Below, piece after piece: positions 40,669 to 53,879 of a stretch of DNA of 64,000 nucleotides. The stretch is from Sphyrna mokarran. Taxonomy: Eukaryota. A model generated the notes under the pieces. That model was given only the letters and a program-made list of their open reading frames with translations. It did not search any database and was not told the origin of the DNA. The position numbers and the translations under genes were made by a program. Location of the stretch: the NCBI GenBank assembly GCA_024679065.1, contig JAGIQG010000006.1, positions 59,272,001 to 59,336,000 of the forward strand, read 5' to 3'. Every line of letters begins with the position of its first letter. Within the stretch, counting starts at the first letter, position 1.

Positions 40669-42398
40669 CTGAAAGAGTATTTTTCTATTTATAAAAAAAT
40701 TACATTTAAGCAAAACATTTTTACTGGTATATTTGATTAGAATTATATTGCATGAGTTAATTGATCTGGTTTAATGATTTAATAGGGCTGTGTCAACAAG
40801 TGACAGGCATGAACAAGATTCTAGACTTAGCACAGCCTGGGAGAGACTAACCTGTTACCACAGTGATAATTTCCCAGTCTTCAGATAAAGAGGGAAGCCA
40901 GTGCTGTCTCTATGGAAATGATTTCAGAGAGTGCAGAAGGCTCAACATAAATCTCATAATATAATAGATTTTTAAAATATCTTTGGCACTTCAGTTGCAT
41001 TTATTTAGTGTTCTCTATTTTGTAGATTGTTTTCCATCTTGAGCTGAAAGAAAATTAGTCATGTAACACCATACATAAGTTTTGATATTCAAATATCAAA
41101 TATGACTATTCCTTATCTGCTATTTTAATAAATGGCTTGAAGCCATTTATTTTAAAAAGGGTTGAATATGAGTGCATTAAGCATGTACTCATTACAGTGA
41201 TTTCTAGGCCTTAGGAAGTTAACATTGATTACCTGGATTGGTAATTGGATTGCTAGTCATACAATTTACTACCCGAGTTTAAATAATGGCTAAAACCTTG
41301 AGTCGGCCATTTCTCGTGTCAACATCAATCTTCGGATTGCTTGCTAGTAGCCTGTGATGTAATTATCCCCTTAATGTGAAAACAGTAACACTGAAAATTT
41401 TACAAACATATTTAAGGGTCTGGTATAATACAATCACATTAGAAAAATGATATGGGGACACTGAAGGGGGTTCATAAAGATTAACAAGGATGATAATGGA
41501 ACTATGAGGTTCTATTAATCAGGAAGGGATGAACAAACTGGGTCTCTGTTCTCTGAAAATGTAAAGTTGAGGGAGTACCGAGAGAGCGGGAGAGTAGTTC
41601 TAGCATCAACAAAATGCCAATGAACCCATTCAGATTCCCTTTAATTATATCCTACTTGGCGTGGGCGGTGGATTGTCTTGTAGCCTTTCACTGGGAAACT
41701 TCTCCAGCAGTGAGACTGCATCAGGGAGCTATCCTGACATGGTTATCCACTATTTCACTAGCCCTCACCATGCCTCCTAGACTTCTACCTGGGGATCTGT
41801 GCAATTCTGCCCATTGTGTCAGTTCTGGCACCACATTTAGAAAGAACAAAGAACAAAGATTCTAAGTGCTGGGCAGACTTGAACCTGGGAATGTTTCAGA
41901 TTGGACTTTTAGACCTGTCCTGAGGCACCCCCATCTACTTCTTTCTGCAAAACTATCAGCGATTCTGAATCACGCTGCAAAAGCCTGTTACCTTCACACA
42001 CCCAAAACTCTGCAGCTCCAATCAGATCCTCCAACTGTGCATTCTCAAAAAGAAATGATAGAATGCTGCTCCCCTGTCACATCCCTTCTGAGCCAGATAA
42101 TGCCTCCCCCGGCCCCCACAGACATCATTCCCCCATCCAACATTACAGACCCGCTTATCCTCATACCCATCCACCACTCAGATCAATTACAACCCCTTCA
42201 CACCACCCTCGCATCCCCACCACTGATCGCAGGCAGAATGGCAGCACACTTGCAAGTGCTCACTTGCCTTCCCTTCAAATTGCACGTAACTTGCCGGAAT
42301 GCTCTGCCAAACTGCCTGCGGCTGCTCTGCCCGAACGAGGGCAGTTCCATCAAAACTGCAAAGATGGACAGGCAGGTAGGCAGGCAGTGCAGAAGAAG

Positions 42399-42635
42399 AT
42401 GACAAAACGACCAGCCCCTAGATTCACTGAAGGTGACCTTGAGAGGCTGCTAGTTGCGGCAGAGGTGAGATGGGACATGCTCTTCCGTCCCTCCCACAGG
42501 ACACAGACCCAGAGGGTTGATCGCAATGTGGCCTGGAAGATAGTTGCTGCTTTTGTTAGTTCAATGGCACTGCCCCCCTGAATGGGGAAGCAGTGACTCA
42601 AGAAGGTTAATAACCTCTTCTGAAAAGCTAGGTTG
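42399..42635 (+). mobile_element. PIF/Harbinger Myb/SANT-like DNA-binding ORF remnant
   Basis: RPAPRFTEGDLERLL...AWKIVAAFVS...Q*LKKVNNL fits the trihelix pattern; internal stops. Confidence 0.65.
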
Positions 42636-42973
42636 AGTGCCTAACCTCATCCAGCATCTTTCCCCAAAGTGGCCTCAGATCCTCCCACCCGCAGCACCCT
42701 GCATGCTTCCAGCCCCTAACCCCCAATCAGCTCCTTCATACCCTCATCCCCCTCTTCAAGAAAACCACTGTACTTGCCCTCTGAGGGCCATCACTTGATC
42801 CTCTGCAGGAACCATGCCGTCATTTCTTTTGTGACTACTTCTTCCCCACAGAAGACCGACCACCCATGAGGGAGCCTTTCTGGATAATGAGGTTGTGTGG
42901 GTTGCAGCACCCCATTACAATTCAATAGAATTTTTTTGGGTAATGTAGGGGGGTCCCAATCCTATTGAGATAC

Positions 42974-43391
42974 CTGAAACTTTGCTACAACATCCTTAAA
43001 AGTGCACAAAGTAACCATTCCATTAATCCTCAGCTGTTACTATACCTATATTCATCAGATGCCAGTGGCAATGATGTAGATTTTGCTGACTTTGAGTCCT
43101 TTAGTACATGTGGTCTCAGAGTAGCAATAGTAGGACCTGTTGCAGGAGATTGCAGGCATCTATGACAATTTAACTGGTGAAGTCTAGATTCTTGATGCAC
43201 TGCTCTTTGCATAGCTCCGATGAAGTGAATCTTAGACTGTACGTTTCTTTGTTGTGTATAACCTCTATTATTATTTGGCAGATGATAATTGAAGCACAAA
43301 TCAAATCCCAAAGAGAAACTTGGCAAACTTAGCATAACTCTTCTCTTTTTGTATTTTGACCACAAGAAAAGGCATGTACTGAAGTCAGAAG
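42974..43391 (-). pseudogene. Nav-like exon H: DIV S1-S3
   Basis: Acceptor aatttgcag (phase 0, matches exon G), donor CAG|gtatct. LWDLICASIIICQIIIEVIH resembles [30 protein letters not shown] resembles GWNIFDFVVV. Several in-frame stops. Confidence 0.7.
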
Positions 43392-44091
43392 CTGCAAATT
43401 CTAGTAATATGCAAATGGATTTTAAATATTAAATTAAAAAAAAATGAAGAAAAGAAAACTTAAACACACAAGATTACATTTACACAATTCAAATTAATCT
43501 TACAGAACATTCCCCAAAAAGATTCCCTACATGGTTAGACTCACAAATAAACACCCTGTAGGCAACAATCCCTTATAGATATTTAATCCATAAATCAACA
43601 CTTCAGGAGGTCTTTTATGGCCATCCACAACACAACCCACTTCTCTCCTTAAGTAGTTTTTTTTATTTTCACTGTGCATCTGTTATTCTTAACCTTATTT
43701 GAAACTCACCTTTCCCATAATATACAAATCTTTTATGCTCTCCCTACTGTCCATGTTTTTAGGAAAGTAAAATTTAATATCCTTGCCTTATTTATTTATG
43801 ATATTTTCCAAGCTGTAAATCTCTTTATACTCTCCCCTTTCAAATTTAACAACCAAATACAACACATCTTTATGTCCTAATGCAAATTTCTACCTATGAC
43901 TTATTTACATGTTGAAAATTTAACTTGGCAAAACCTATTTCAAATACATGCCTTTCTGACCTAGACTTCTTTGAGGTCCTCAAGCTTGCAGACATCCTGA
44001 TTCCGGATTAATTAAATTATATTCATACATATAGCCAAAAGCTGCTTCACAGAATAACACAGTAAACATTTAAAATATTAAAATAAGTAAT

Positions 44092-44195
44092 GGCCGGAAT
44101 TCTCTAACCTTGTCTATAGCTGCAATTCTCCGGTCCTGCTCAGTGTCAAGTTCTTCATTCTCGTTGGCAGCTTACAAGACCAGAGAATTTCGGCC
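44092..44195. mobile_element. 104-bp MITE
   Basis: TIRs GGCCGGAATTCTC / GAGAATTTCGGCC with AAT on both sides; relatives at 33167-33297 and 39761-39946. Confidence 0.7.
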
Positions 44196-44237
44196 AATGT
44201 CTTTCTTCACATCTCCTACGCACTAGCCTCCCCTAAC

Positions 44238-44399
44238 CTTCTGGCTTTTGGTTGAGCCAGATGCTGCTGTTGCTGGTTTATAAGGCAGTTGATGTTTTTC
44301 CTCTTCATCCATCTGTTTCTCCATCCGAATGAAAATGGTAATTATAGCACCCATTATAAGTTTGCTCTTGATAAAAGGCATAAAGACCTCATCAAATAC
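44238..44399 (-). pseudogene. Nav-like exon G (162 nt, open frame): DIII S6 and III-IV linker
   Basis: cctacag|GTA...AAG|gttagg. VFDEVFMPFIKSKLIMGAIITIFIRMEKQMDEEEKHQLPYKPATAASGSTKSQK resembles [49 protein letters not shown]. Confidence 0.8.
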
Positions 44400-45545
44400 C
44401 TGTAGGTGAGTTTCCTTTTAAGTACTGTTTCACAGATTCAGATATCAGGTTTATTAGTGGGTACTGGGTTGCACTTCTATGATTTGTTGTTTGTGTGATA
44501 CTAGCGTTGTGTTGTGTCATAGGGTTTACATGTATTATTGAGGTCTTTGCCTGTTTGTATTTGATATCTTGGATTATCCCACAAAGTATGCAGTTAAAAT
44601 GGTAATCGGTGGTTGCTTGTCAGGAATACAATGGCACATACTCTGCCAGTATTTTAGCCATCCACCTGTTACATTTGAGTGGGAAGAGCAGAGTTAATTT
44701 GGATCTTGTTAACTGGAAGGAAGGAATATTAAGGAAAGCTACACACAGTATCAAATATTTTAGAATTTTCCATTCTCTATCAATTTTGGCAGTTTCCTGA
44801 TTGACATGATAATCAAACTTTACAAGGTTAGGAATCAATTTTCTATTCAGTTGACCCAAATGAAACAGTCAAGTCAGCTGTTAATTTTCTACTTTAATGT
44901 GCATTAGTCACACCCCATAAGCCATGAACAAGCAACAACCTTTAAGAATCAGATGAAGAAAGAAAGAATTTGCTTGCATAAACACATTTTAATGGGCACT
45001 TTAGTACAGTGACTAATCCCATGGGTACCTTCAATCAGAAACAACCTATGCAATGCTTTGTGAGCTGTGGAGTTACCATCAAATTATTTCAGCAGCTTTT
45101 CTTTGCATAATAATAGGAATGTACCAGTCATCAGTTTCCTCGTGTTAGAGGATGGACCAAGGAGATCCTTAGTCACCTTACTCTTCTCTCCTCTTATACT
45201 TTCTAACTGATGAAAGAAACTGAACTGTTAGATGAGTAGGAATAAGTATGAAATTGAAATTTCAAAGCCACAGGTACCTGACTGACATGACTCAGGTTAA
45301 TTTTAAGGTCACACCAGAATTAAGAGTTTATAACTATCAGAAAAGACTGAAAGGCTGCAACTCATTTCTTGAGACAGGAACAAGCAGGATCTAGTGGACC
45401 CTGAAGAGATACAAGGAGATTGATGATTTGCACAGAAGAATCCAAGTTCCAGTACTGTAGGCATCAAATGATTACAGATAAATTCAATAATTTCAAGGCT
45501 CCCTTTTAACTCCCTTTATACAAAGAATGATAATGTGGAACTTAC

Positions 45546-46124
45546 TTTTCTTTAATGTGATAAATCCCTTCTTTCTTAGTTACATAAGCCTTAGTCGTTG
45601 AGATAGATAGCAGATGCATTTAAGATGGAAGGCTAAGTACATGATGGAAAAAAAAAATAGAAGGACATGCTGATAGGGTTGGATGCCATAGGTAGAAAAG
45701 ATGCTCATGTGGAGAATTGGCATAGTCCACTTCAACTTGCTAGTTTCTGAGCTAAAGAAAACCATGAAATCCAATGCAGTAAAGTAACTGGACCAGAACT
45801 GATGCAGCTGAATTTGAAATTCTTGAAAAATTATAAACTTCTATTTGCAAAAAAAAATCTAGACATGCACTTATCTCTGGATTTGCAGCCAGGCAAAGAT
45901 GGTCTTGAGTTGTTTGTTATACCAGGGATAAAGTGCCCAAAGTGGAGATCTTCTGGTCTCGTTTATGCTATCCAATGGAAGCACCAATCAGAACCCATTG
46001 ATTTTTCCCTGGGCAGTGAAATCTGGAGGGACAGCAAACATCAGCAACTCTACCCAAATATAGGAAGTGGATGGTGTTCATGACCAGTGATGTATTATGA
46101 TGCCAATTTGCTTTTGAAATTGTC
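45546..46124 (-). pseudogene. Nav-like exon F: DIII S5 and pore loop
   Basis: Acceptor ttaatttttgtag, donor A|gtaagt. KNFKFSCISSG resembles KNVKVNFDNVG; TSKLKWTMPILHMSIFSTYGIQP resembles [22 protein letters not shown]. Confidence 0.65.
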
Positions 46125-46469
46125 CTACAAAAATTAAAAATCAACAAAACAATAAGCCATGATACAGCTATCAATTTAAATTAAGGTGAATTACAATTCA
46201 TCAATTTTAAATGACTATTTTCACTTTCAGTTTAATGAGCAGATCCCATCTCCACCAACATTGAAACTCTGTGTGTGATCAGCCTTAGTGGAGATAACAT
46301 GACCTAAGATTAACAATCAATTCACTTGTGATAAATTACATGCTGGGATTCACAGATGTTTATTTTCTCTTTTCAAATTCCTCAAAGCCTATTTAGGCTA
46401 AAATGTCTAAAACCTATGGGGATGAATTTTGTCTCTTTATAAACTTATCTGCATTGAAACATGGGGATG

Positions 46470-46815
46470 TAGAACATAGAAATATAGAAATATAGAAGAT
46501 AGGCCATTTCGCTTTCCAGCCTGTTCCACCATTCATTATGATCATGGCTGATCGTCCAACTCAATAGCCTAATCCTGTTATCTCTCTAGAACTTTTGATC
46601 CCTTACGCCCCAAGTGCTATATCTAATTGCCTCTTGAAAACATTCAATGTTTTGGCACTAATTACTTCCTGTGGTAATGAATTCCATAAGCTCACCACTC
46701 TTTGAGTGAAAAAATTTCTCCTCACCTCCATCCCAAATGCTCCACACCGAATCCTCGGTCTGTGACCCTGGTTCTGGATTCCCCCTCCCAGGCAAGGATA
46801 TCCTTCCTGCATCTA
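46470..46815 (-). mobile_element. CR1 3' end
   Basis: RRNFFTQRVVSLWNSLP. Confidence 0.8.
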
Positions 46816-47729
46816 CATAAGCATGAACATGAACATAAAACATTCGTTCTGCCTGTCTGCTTACTTTTGTTTTTATAACAGATTTAATTTTCTGGGGGAA
46901 TCTTGTCTGAAACAGGCCAAACTCTCATGAATAGATAGGATCAAGTGACACCAAAAATATTTTTCTGACAAACTGCCCTAATTAGTGCAGCATTGTCTGT
47001 CACAATCATTCTTGCAAGGTCACTCAACCTCCTGGTCATTCTGTTGCCTTTGTTATCTTTCAGACTATAATAGTCAGTTGGCATCAAATGCTTATATTAA
47101 CCAGTTGACTAACATCTTATTTTTTTAAGGTAAACATATCATTATTTTCTCTATATACATCAGACACAATAGAATAGAAGAAGTAAGATACCTCTAATAA
47201 AAAGGGTAGAGTAAATCGAAGATAGCACTGACTTTCTCCCAGGTCACCTCTGAGGACCTCATTATACATCACAATCACATTCAAAAATCATGAGTAGATG
47301 ATTTTATTCAATGCAATTCCATGGGATGATCATGGATGTTCATTTTTCCAACATCATAAGTGAGAGACAGGGCCAATGGTTAGCAGTAGTTGTTATGTAG
47401 AGTTTGTTGCGGGGAGATAGAAGAGAAAAGGAATATATGGTACAAAGGAAACCAGATGGCATCTTGTCCAACATTACCACCTGTCCACACTATCTCTCTC
47501 ATCCTGCCTGTGACAGCTAGGTGTTTTGTTACAGAGGAAGTGTGTGCAGACAGGCTGAACTATCTCTGGCATCAAACTCCTGGCACATGTTGTTCATCAG
47601 AATTTGGGATCTACTTAAATCTTAAACAGAGCCTGCCCTCCCTGCATCAAACATGTTATTGTTCCTGGCTGGTCATCAATCGCTGCCATAAAAATATAAA
47701 TAAAAATGAAACTCAAAGAACAGCTAACT

Positions 47730-50400
47730 CCTGGATTACACTCAGATCCTGAAACACCAGAATATTTCTAGACAATAATGCAAGACCGTCAGCAAAGAAA
47801 GCTCTCAAAATCTGAAAACTATGCAAGTACAATGCTGATGCAACTGCTTAGGTGAAATCAGTGCAAGATTTGCAAGCCCAATGGCCAGCCTCAACAGTCA
47901 AGTGAAGGCTTTGCTATTCAATCTGAATCGACATGTAAGTCTCACTTTCCAAGGGAATTTAAGACCGTCACAATACCTCAAATAAATCTTGCTAGAAACC
48001 AGTATTCAATATTCATTAAGTGACTGCGCACCACCAACGGCACATAGATTGGTGATTTCAATGCCCATGTTAGTACAATGGTAATATGTGGAGGGGTGTA
48101 CTTGGAAACCATAGTATTGGAAGAGTAAACTCCAAGAACCAACATCTTTTTAGGTGCAACAAGTTTGACATCACTATTACAAATCTTCTAACAAGCTATT
48201 AAACTGTACACAACATGACTACAGTCCAGATATAAACATTGGCAATATTGGACTATATTATTGATGGACATATGCTGTACTTGCTGCCTAAGAGGTGCTG
48301 ATTGCTGCTCAGACCATTGACTTGTTAGGAGCATCATGTTCTTGATGACAATATAAAAATGCTACAGCACACAGTTAAACAACAAAGGAAACTTGATGTA
48401 ACTAGATTAAATGATTTGACCAAGAGACAGGAACCTGAACAGGAATGAGCCACAGGGCTTGTTGATGTCTCAGAAGATAACACCAATATTGAGAAGTTTT
48501 GGAAAAAGTTAAGAAATGTCATGCATAGCAAGGTGTGTGAGGTTTTTGGATTTGTTAAACAGGAATGACTAAGATATAATCAAGTACTAGCTGATGTGCA
48601 CAATGCTTACAGATCCTGCAGCTCTGAGAAAACATTGTCAGCAAGAGAAAACAGATACCATCAAGCAAAGAATATCCTGCAGACCATATTAAGAGAAATG
48701 AATAGCCAACAGTAGGAGAACATGACAGCAGGCTTCAGGAAGCTGCCAATAAGCTGAAGGCTCTCTTAGAAGGTCTCCAATCTGTCTATAGCATAACACC
48801 ATTCCTCTCAGCAGGTGGAATCAGCTCCTAATGAACAGGTATGAGATTCTCTGTCAATGGGCAAAACGTTTAACAATTGGCTGAATCAAAATAATCATTA
48901 TGGCATGAAAAGTCTGGCAAACAGAAAAAGAATGTCAAGATATTTCTTGTTAACCTGGTTAAGGCTTTTGATACAGTTAACTGTGAAGGCCTGTGGAAGA
49001 CGCTGTACCAACGTTGATTTGATTTGATTTGATTTATTAATGTCACATATATTAACATACAGTGAAAAGTATTGTTTTTTGCCCACTATACAGACAAAAC
49101 ATATCATTCATAGAGAAGGAAATGTAATGTTATAGACATAGCTAGGGTGTAGAGAAAAAACAACTTAATGCAAGGTAAGTCCATGCAAAAGTCTGACAGT
49201 AGCAGGGAAGAAGCTGTTCTTGAGTGGACTGGTACGTGACCTCAGACTTTTGTATCTTTTTCCCAACAGAAGAAGGTGGAAGAGAGAATGTCTGGGGTGC
49301 TTGAGGTCTTTAATTATGCTGGCCGCTTTGCTGAGCAGCAAGAAGTGTAGACAGAGTCAATAGATGGGAAGCTGGTTTGCATGATGAATTGGGCAACATT
49401 CATGACCTTTTGTAGTTTCTTGTGGTCTTGGGCAGAGCAGGTGTAATACCAAACTGTCGTAGAACCAGAAAGAATGCTTTCTAAGGTGCATCTGTAAAAG
49501 CTGAGATTGTAGCTGACATGCCAAATTTCCTTAGTCTTCTGAGAAAGTAGAAGTGTTGATGGGCTTTCTTAACTATAATATAAGCATGGGGGGACCAGAA
49601 CAGGTTGTTGGTGATCTAGACACCCAAAGATTTGCAGCTGTAGACCATTTCTACTTCATCCCCATTGATGTAGACAGAGGCATGTCCTCCTTTACACTTC
49701 CTGAAGTCAATGACAATCTCCTTCATTTTAATATATTTGTTTTATCATGTTTATTTTATCATGTTTGTACCAAGATGATTGCACTGAAAAATGCTTAGGG
49801 TCATCCACTCACTTCATGATACCACATCATTTCAATGATACCACAACTGATGCCTTTCCTGTTAACAATGGCATCAGTTAGGTTATGCAATGGATGCAGT
49901 TTTATTTGATATTGATTTTCCTGCCATGCTGCTATATATTCTCAAATACCTCAGCATAACATTCAGCTGAGGACAACCAGCAACATCTTCAATTGTAAAG
50001 ACTCAAGATTCGCACAATGATCACAGAAAAGCAATGAAATGAACTCTTGTTTGTAGATGACTGTGCTCCCATTTCACACACTCTGGGCAACATCCAATTC
50101 TTGCTGATCACTTTGCCCAAGGTGCAGAATAATCTGGCCTCACAATAAGTTTGAGAGACCACCATCTTATATTAACCTGCCTGGCCACAAATTCTAATTG
50201 ACCATAATCACAATCAGGCAATATACCTTCAAATAAGTTTAGATGTTCTGCTATCTTAAGAGAATTCTCTCCAACATCATCACATTGGATGATGAAATTG
50301 CCCATCACTTGGCAAAAGCATTCAGCAAGCTCACTCACAAACTTTGCTGGGACATCATGGAGCTTGTCTGAAAAAAAAGATCAGATCTACTAATGTCAGG
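47730..50400 (+). mobile_element. Heavily decayed RTE-clade LINE with nested Rex1/Babar
   Basis: WRGVLGNHSIGRVNS (endonuclease), VNLVKAFDTVNCEGLWK, DAFPVNNGI, LLFVDDCA. Confidence 0.7.
49014..49725 (-). mobile_element. Rex1/Babar LINE 3' fragment
   Basis: (TTTGA)n tail; homologous to 7308-8030. Confidence 0.85.
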
Positions 50401-50579
50401 AAACAGAGGTGGTTTTAAGTGATCTATATTTGTATTGTTAAATATTAGGTGTAAGGTGTAGATATAAATGGAACAAAAATAGAAAATACTGGAAAATCTC
50501 AGCAGGTCTGACAGCATCTGTGGGGAGAGAATAGAGCCAATGTTTTGAATCTAGATGATCTTTCATTGGCTCTGACAAA

Positions 50580-51407
50580 CTCTGACAAATTGAATAGGCT
50601 GAAACAGTATTGCAGGCACGCGGAAGAAGTTGAGACTGAATGTCCATTAGGCACTTTGAATGTAATATTTGCAATTGGATCTGCAAGATTTGGTTTACCA
50701 TCACAAATGAGACTGCGCTAACCTGGGTGACAATCATTGCCGATCTGTCACTTCAACAGATGACCAAAGACCCACCATCCCAACTAGATTTACCTGCACA
50801 CTTAGTTTGTCCATCAAGGTGGCTATAAAGAAACATTCAACATGTAAAAATACCCCGGAAAGTGTTTATAATTATTTTTCCCTTTTACAAATGGTAGTTC
50901 TGTGTTGCTTTTGAAATGTTTTCTGCCTTATCTTTCTCTTCTTGTTTCTTCCTCAGATCTTTTTGACACAAGTAGAATCAGAATATTCCTTGAAATCAAA
51001 AACATCCCAGCAATTGTGCAGAATTCCTGAGAAGCCACTGTAACTGGAACATTTACATAAAGCCAGCAGAACAGAAAACTGATCAAAAAGAACAACATAA
51101 AAATAGGCATGTACAGTACAAACATAAATTCAAAGATTGCCAGAACATGGAATACATGGGGAAAAGAATCCCAAGTGCACAATTTCAGTGTTGAATTGGT
51201 AACGTATGGAAGGAGGCAATAGACAAAATACTGGAGCCAGGTAATCCAATTCATCGTAATGCCACCAACTACACCTATCAGCCTTGCAAATCAACCCTGG
51301 CATGGACCAAGGACAAATCATCAGGCTTCAAGTCAGCACTTAGCTAGTTATTAGATCACAAGATCACTGGGGGCCAAAGTCCAACACAAGGGTGACACTT
51401 CCACAAC
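50580..51407 (-). pseudogene. Nav-like exon E: DII S5-P-S6, II-III linker with anchor-like motif, start of DIII
   Basis: Acceptor tataattag. GSVTLVL; WWHYDELDYLAPVFCLL resembles RWHMNDFFHSFLIVFRVL; WD then a hydrophobic S6; VNVPVTVASQEF resembles VTVPIAVGESDF. The 3' end abuts a Penelope-type fragment. Confidence 0.75.
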
Positions 51408-52774
51408 CTAATTATAACTGAGCTTTAAAAACTCAGCCATGGATTGTTTAACATAATGCAACTTTTCTAGGACTTTTACAACTATACTGTTAGTGTAAAA
51501 AAAGGAAAAGTTCTTTACAAGCTTCTGGGCTCAACATTAAGTTCAACATTTTCAGATCATAATCTTTATTTTGTTTTCTTTCATTTTCTTTACAGTTTTC
51601 ATTTTCATTCTTTTTTCTGCTCTCAGATGACAGTCATTCATTCTTCATTCTGCAATTTAGATTTCCTCTAGGAATGTCTTGTTCCTTTACTTCAATTACC
51701 ATGCCAATTGGTGCTGTACCACCAAGCCTTGCGTAAGAATATATACGAACTTGGAGCAAATGTAAGCAATTTAGATCCTCGAGTCTGCTCCGTTTAATAC
51801 AATCATGGCTGATGTCATCTCAGCCTTAACTTCACTTTCCTGCTCATTCTTCATAATGATATAATCCCTTACCGATTAAAAATCTATCCATCTCTTCCTT
51901 AATTTACTCAATACCCCGATATCCATCACATTTTGCGGTAGTGAACTTCACAGACTCACCACCCTTTTGTAATTATATCTTTTCTGTCTTTCACTCTGTC
52001 ATAGATCTTCTCTCTTTTTTCAACATTCCCCCCCATCCCCCATTCTCCTCCCCGTCAACTTTTGCGTGCTTAAAAAGGATTTACATTTCTAACTTTTCCA
52101 GTACTGATACAAAGATCATTACCATGAAACAATCTCTGTGTCTCTCATTTAAAATTGGTGTTGCTAAACTCTTACTGAGTTCTTACTACCCCAGTCCAAC
52201 GCCGGCATCTCTACATCATCTCTCTCTTTGTGCAGGGATGTGACTTGACCTGCTGAGTATTTTCCAGCATTTCAGTTTTTATTTCCGATTTTTAGAATAG
52301 GTAATTCTTTGCTGCAATATTTAGTGTCTGTTATTTGTGGAATAAAGCCATTTAAGAAAAACTGGATGGGTGACAATTCTTTTTCTTTGTATATCTAGAT
52401 TAAAACATGTACTAGAATTAAATATTTTTCATTGTGCTCTCAGATGTGAATGATTCTTTGTTACTAATCATTGTTTTATCAAAAAAGCTCCTGTGCCCAA
52501 GTATAATTGCAAACTCCTTCCTCTGTACAAAAGCACATGAGAGCCATCTGGTGATACTCCGATAAAAATTAAAATTACAGTTGTCCTTTTTCTGTATGAG
52601 TATATCTGCTTCTTTTGCACTCTCCAATTCTTTATACTTCTTTCTCAATATTCCTTTTCTCATCCTTTCTCTTGAGGACTACATTCCAGATTACTAGGGG
52701 CTTTACAGCAATGCCTGTTTTGACAGAATGAGGTGTCGATTTTATCAGATTTGGTATTGAAACAATTCATCAGC

Positions 52775-53060
52775 TTTTCCCATTATGGAAGCAGACCGCT
52801 GTGCACAGTGAATTGTCCTGTTCAATTTCTGAAATTTGATGTTGCTATTGAAGAAGGTGCAGCCGCCAGAAATGATAATAATTGGGGTTACGAAAAGCTT
52901 TTCCACCCAAGACAATATACAACAAATACATAGCAGGGAGAGTGGTCAACCAAGTACATGGAATTTTCCATGTCTGTTAGCTTATAGGGACAAGCATGAG
53001 ACAGGAAGTCTCCAAAGTGAGGAAAACTGTAAAGTAAACTCACTCAAAGCAGAGCATCCC
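52775..53060 (-). pseudogene. Nav-like exon D: DII S2-S4 and S4-S5 linker
   Basis: Acceptor tatatttacag, phase 0 and consistent with exon C. VYFTVFLTLE resembles LVFTGIFTAE; LNRTIHCAQRSASIMG resembles [16 protein letters not shown]. Donor not evident. Confidence 0.7.
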
Positions 53061-53489
53061 CTGTAAATATAAAGCTTGCACCAAATTGCCACATCAGCAA
53101 AGAAGCCTCCATTAAGAAAGAATTAAAAAAAGAACCAGGTGAGATAATAGATGAAACATACTGCATATTCTCACCAAGGACACGCAGTAAAGAAGTAAAC
53201 ATAAAAGCACAGATTTATATTTTGAGTAAAGAGGTAAATTGATTACACCCTCTCTGGAGTCTACTCTGTGGATATATTATAAAAAGATAAATGGATCTTT
53301 CAAGCAATGTGCTATAGGCTGGGGTGGTAGAGCCAGCTCTGGCTCAATTGGTAGCAGACACATCTCTAACCCACAAGATTTCAAGCTGTGATATTGTATC
53401 AGTTCAGAACTGATGAGCTGTAGCAGAACACCTATAGCTCTCTGGTAGCATGGTTACATGGCCTGGCCTTCAAGATTTATCCCATCAAA

Positions 53490-53850
53490 TGTTCGTTGAT
53501 AATACTCTTGCCTCTGAATCACAAGATTCTGAATTCAAGTCCCACTCTAGGGGCCGAACACAAAAATCAAGGCTAATGTTCCAGTGCGGTATTGGTGGAG
53601 CACTGTTTGCCAGATGAGGAATGAAACTAAGGACTCATTTGCCTGCTTGGGTGAATGTCCAGAGGCACTATTTTGAAGAAGAGTAGAGCAGTTATCCCCA
53701 GTGGTCTGGCCAATACTTGCCTCTCAATCAACACCATAAAATACAGATTAACAGATCATTGTTGTTTGACAACATTTGCTGAACACAAATTAGATGCTGA
53801 GTTTCCAGCATTACAATAGTGACTATACTTCAAAAAGTACTTGTGAACAG
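53490..53850 (+). mobile_element. Deu-domain SINE (SacSINE1/AmnSINE-like), decayed
   Basis: GGCACTATTTTGAAGAAGAG...CTGGCCAATA...CATTACAATAGTGACTATACTTCAAAAAGTAC resembles the Deu core as I recall it. Confidence 0.65.
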
Positions 53851-53879
53851 TGCAATATAAGTGAAACTCTCAATTTTAC

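Noticed and set aside
41866-42402. 178-aa Pro-rich ORF as a host gene
   Set aside because: C-rich transposon interior upstream of the Harbinger Myb/SANT remnant; no recognisable domain.
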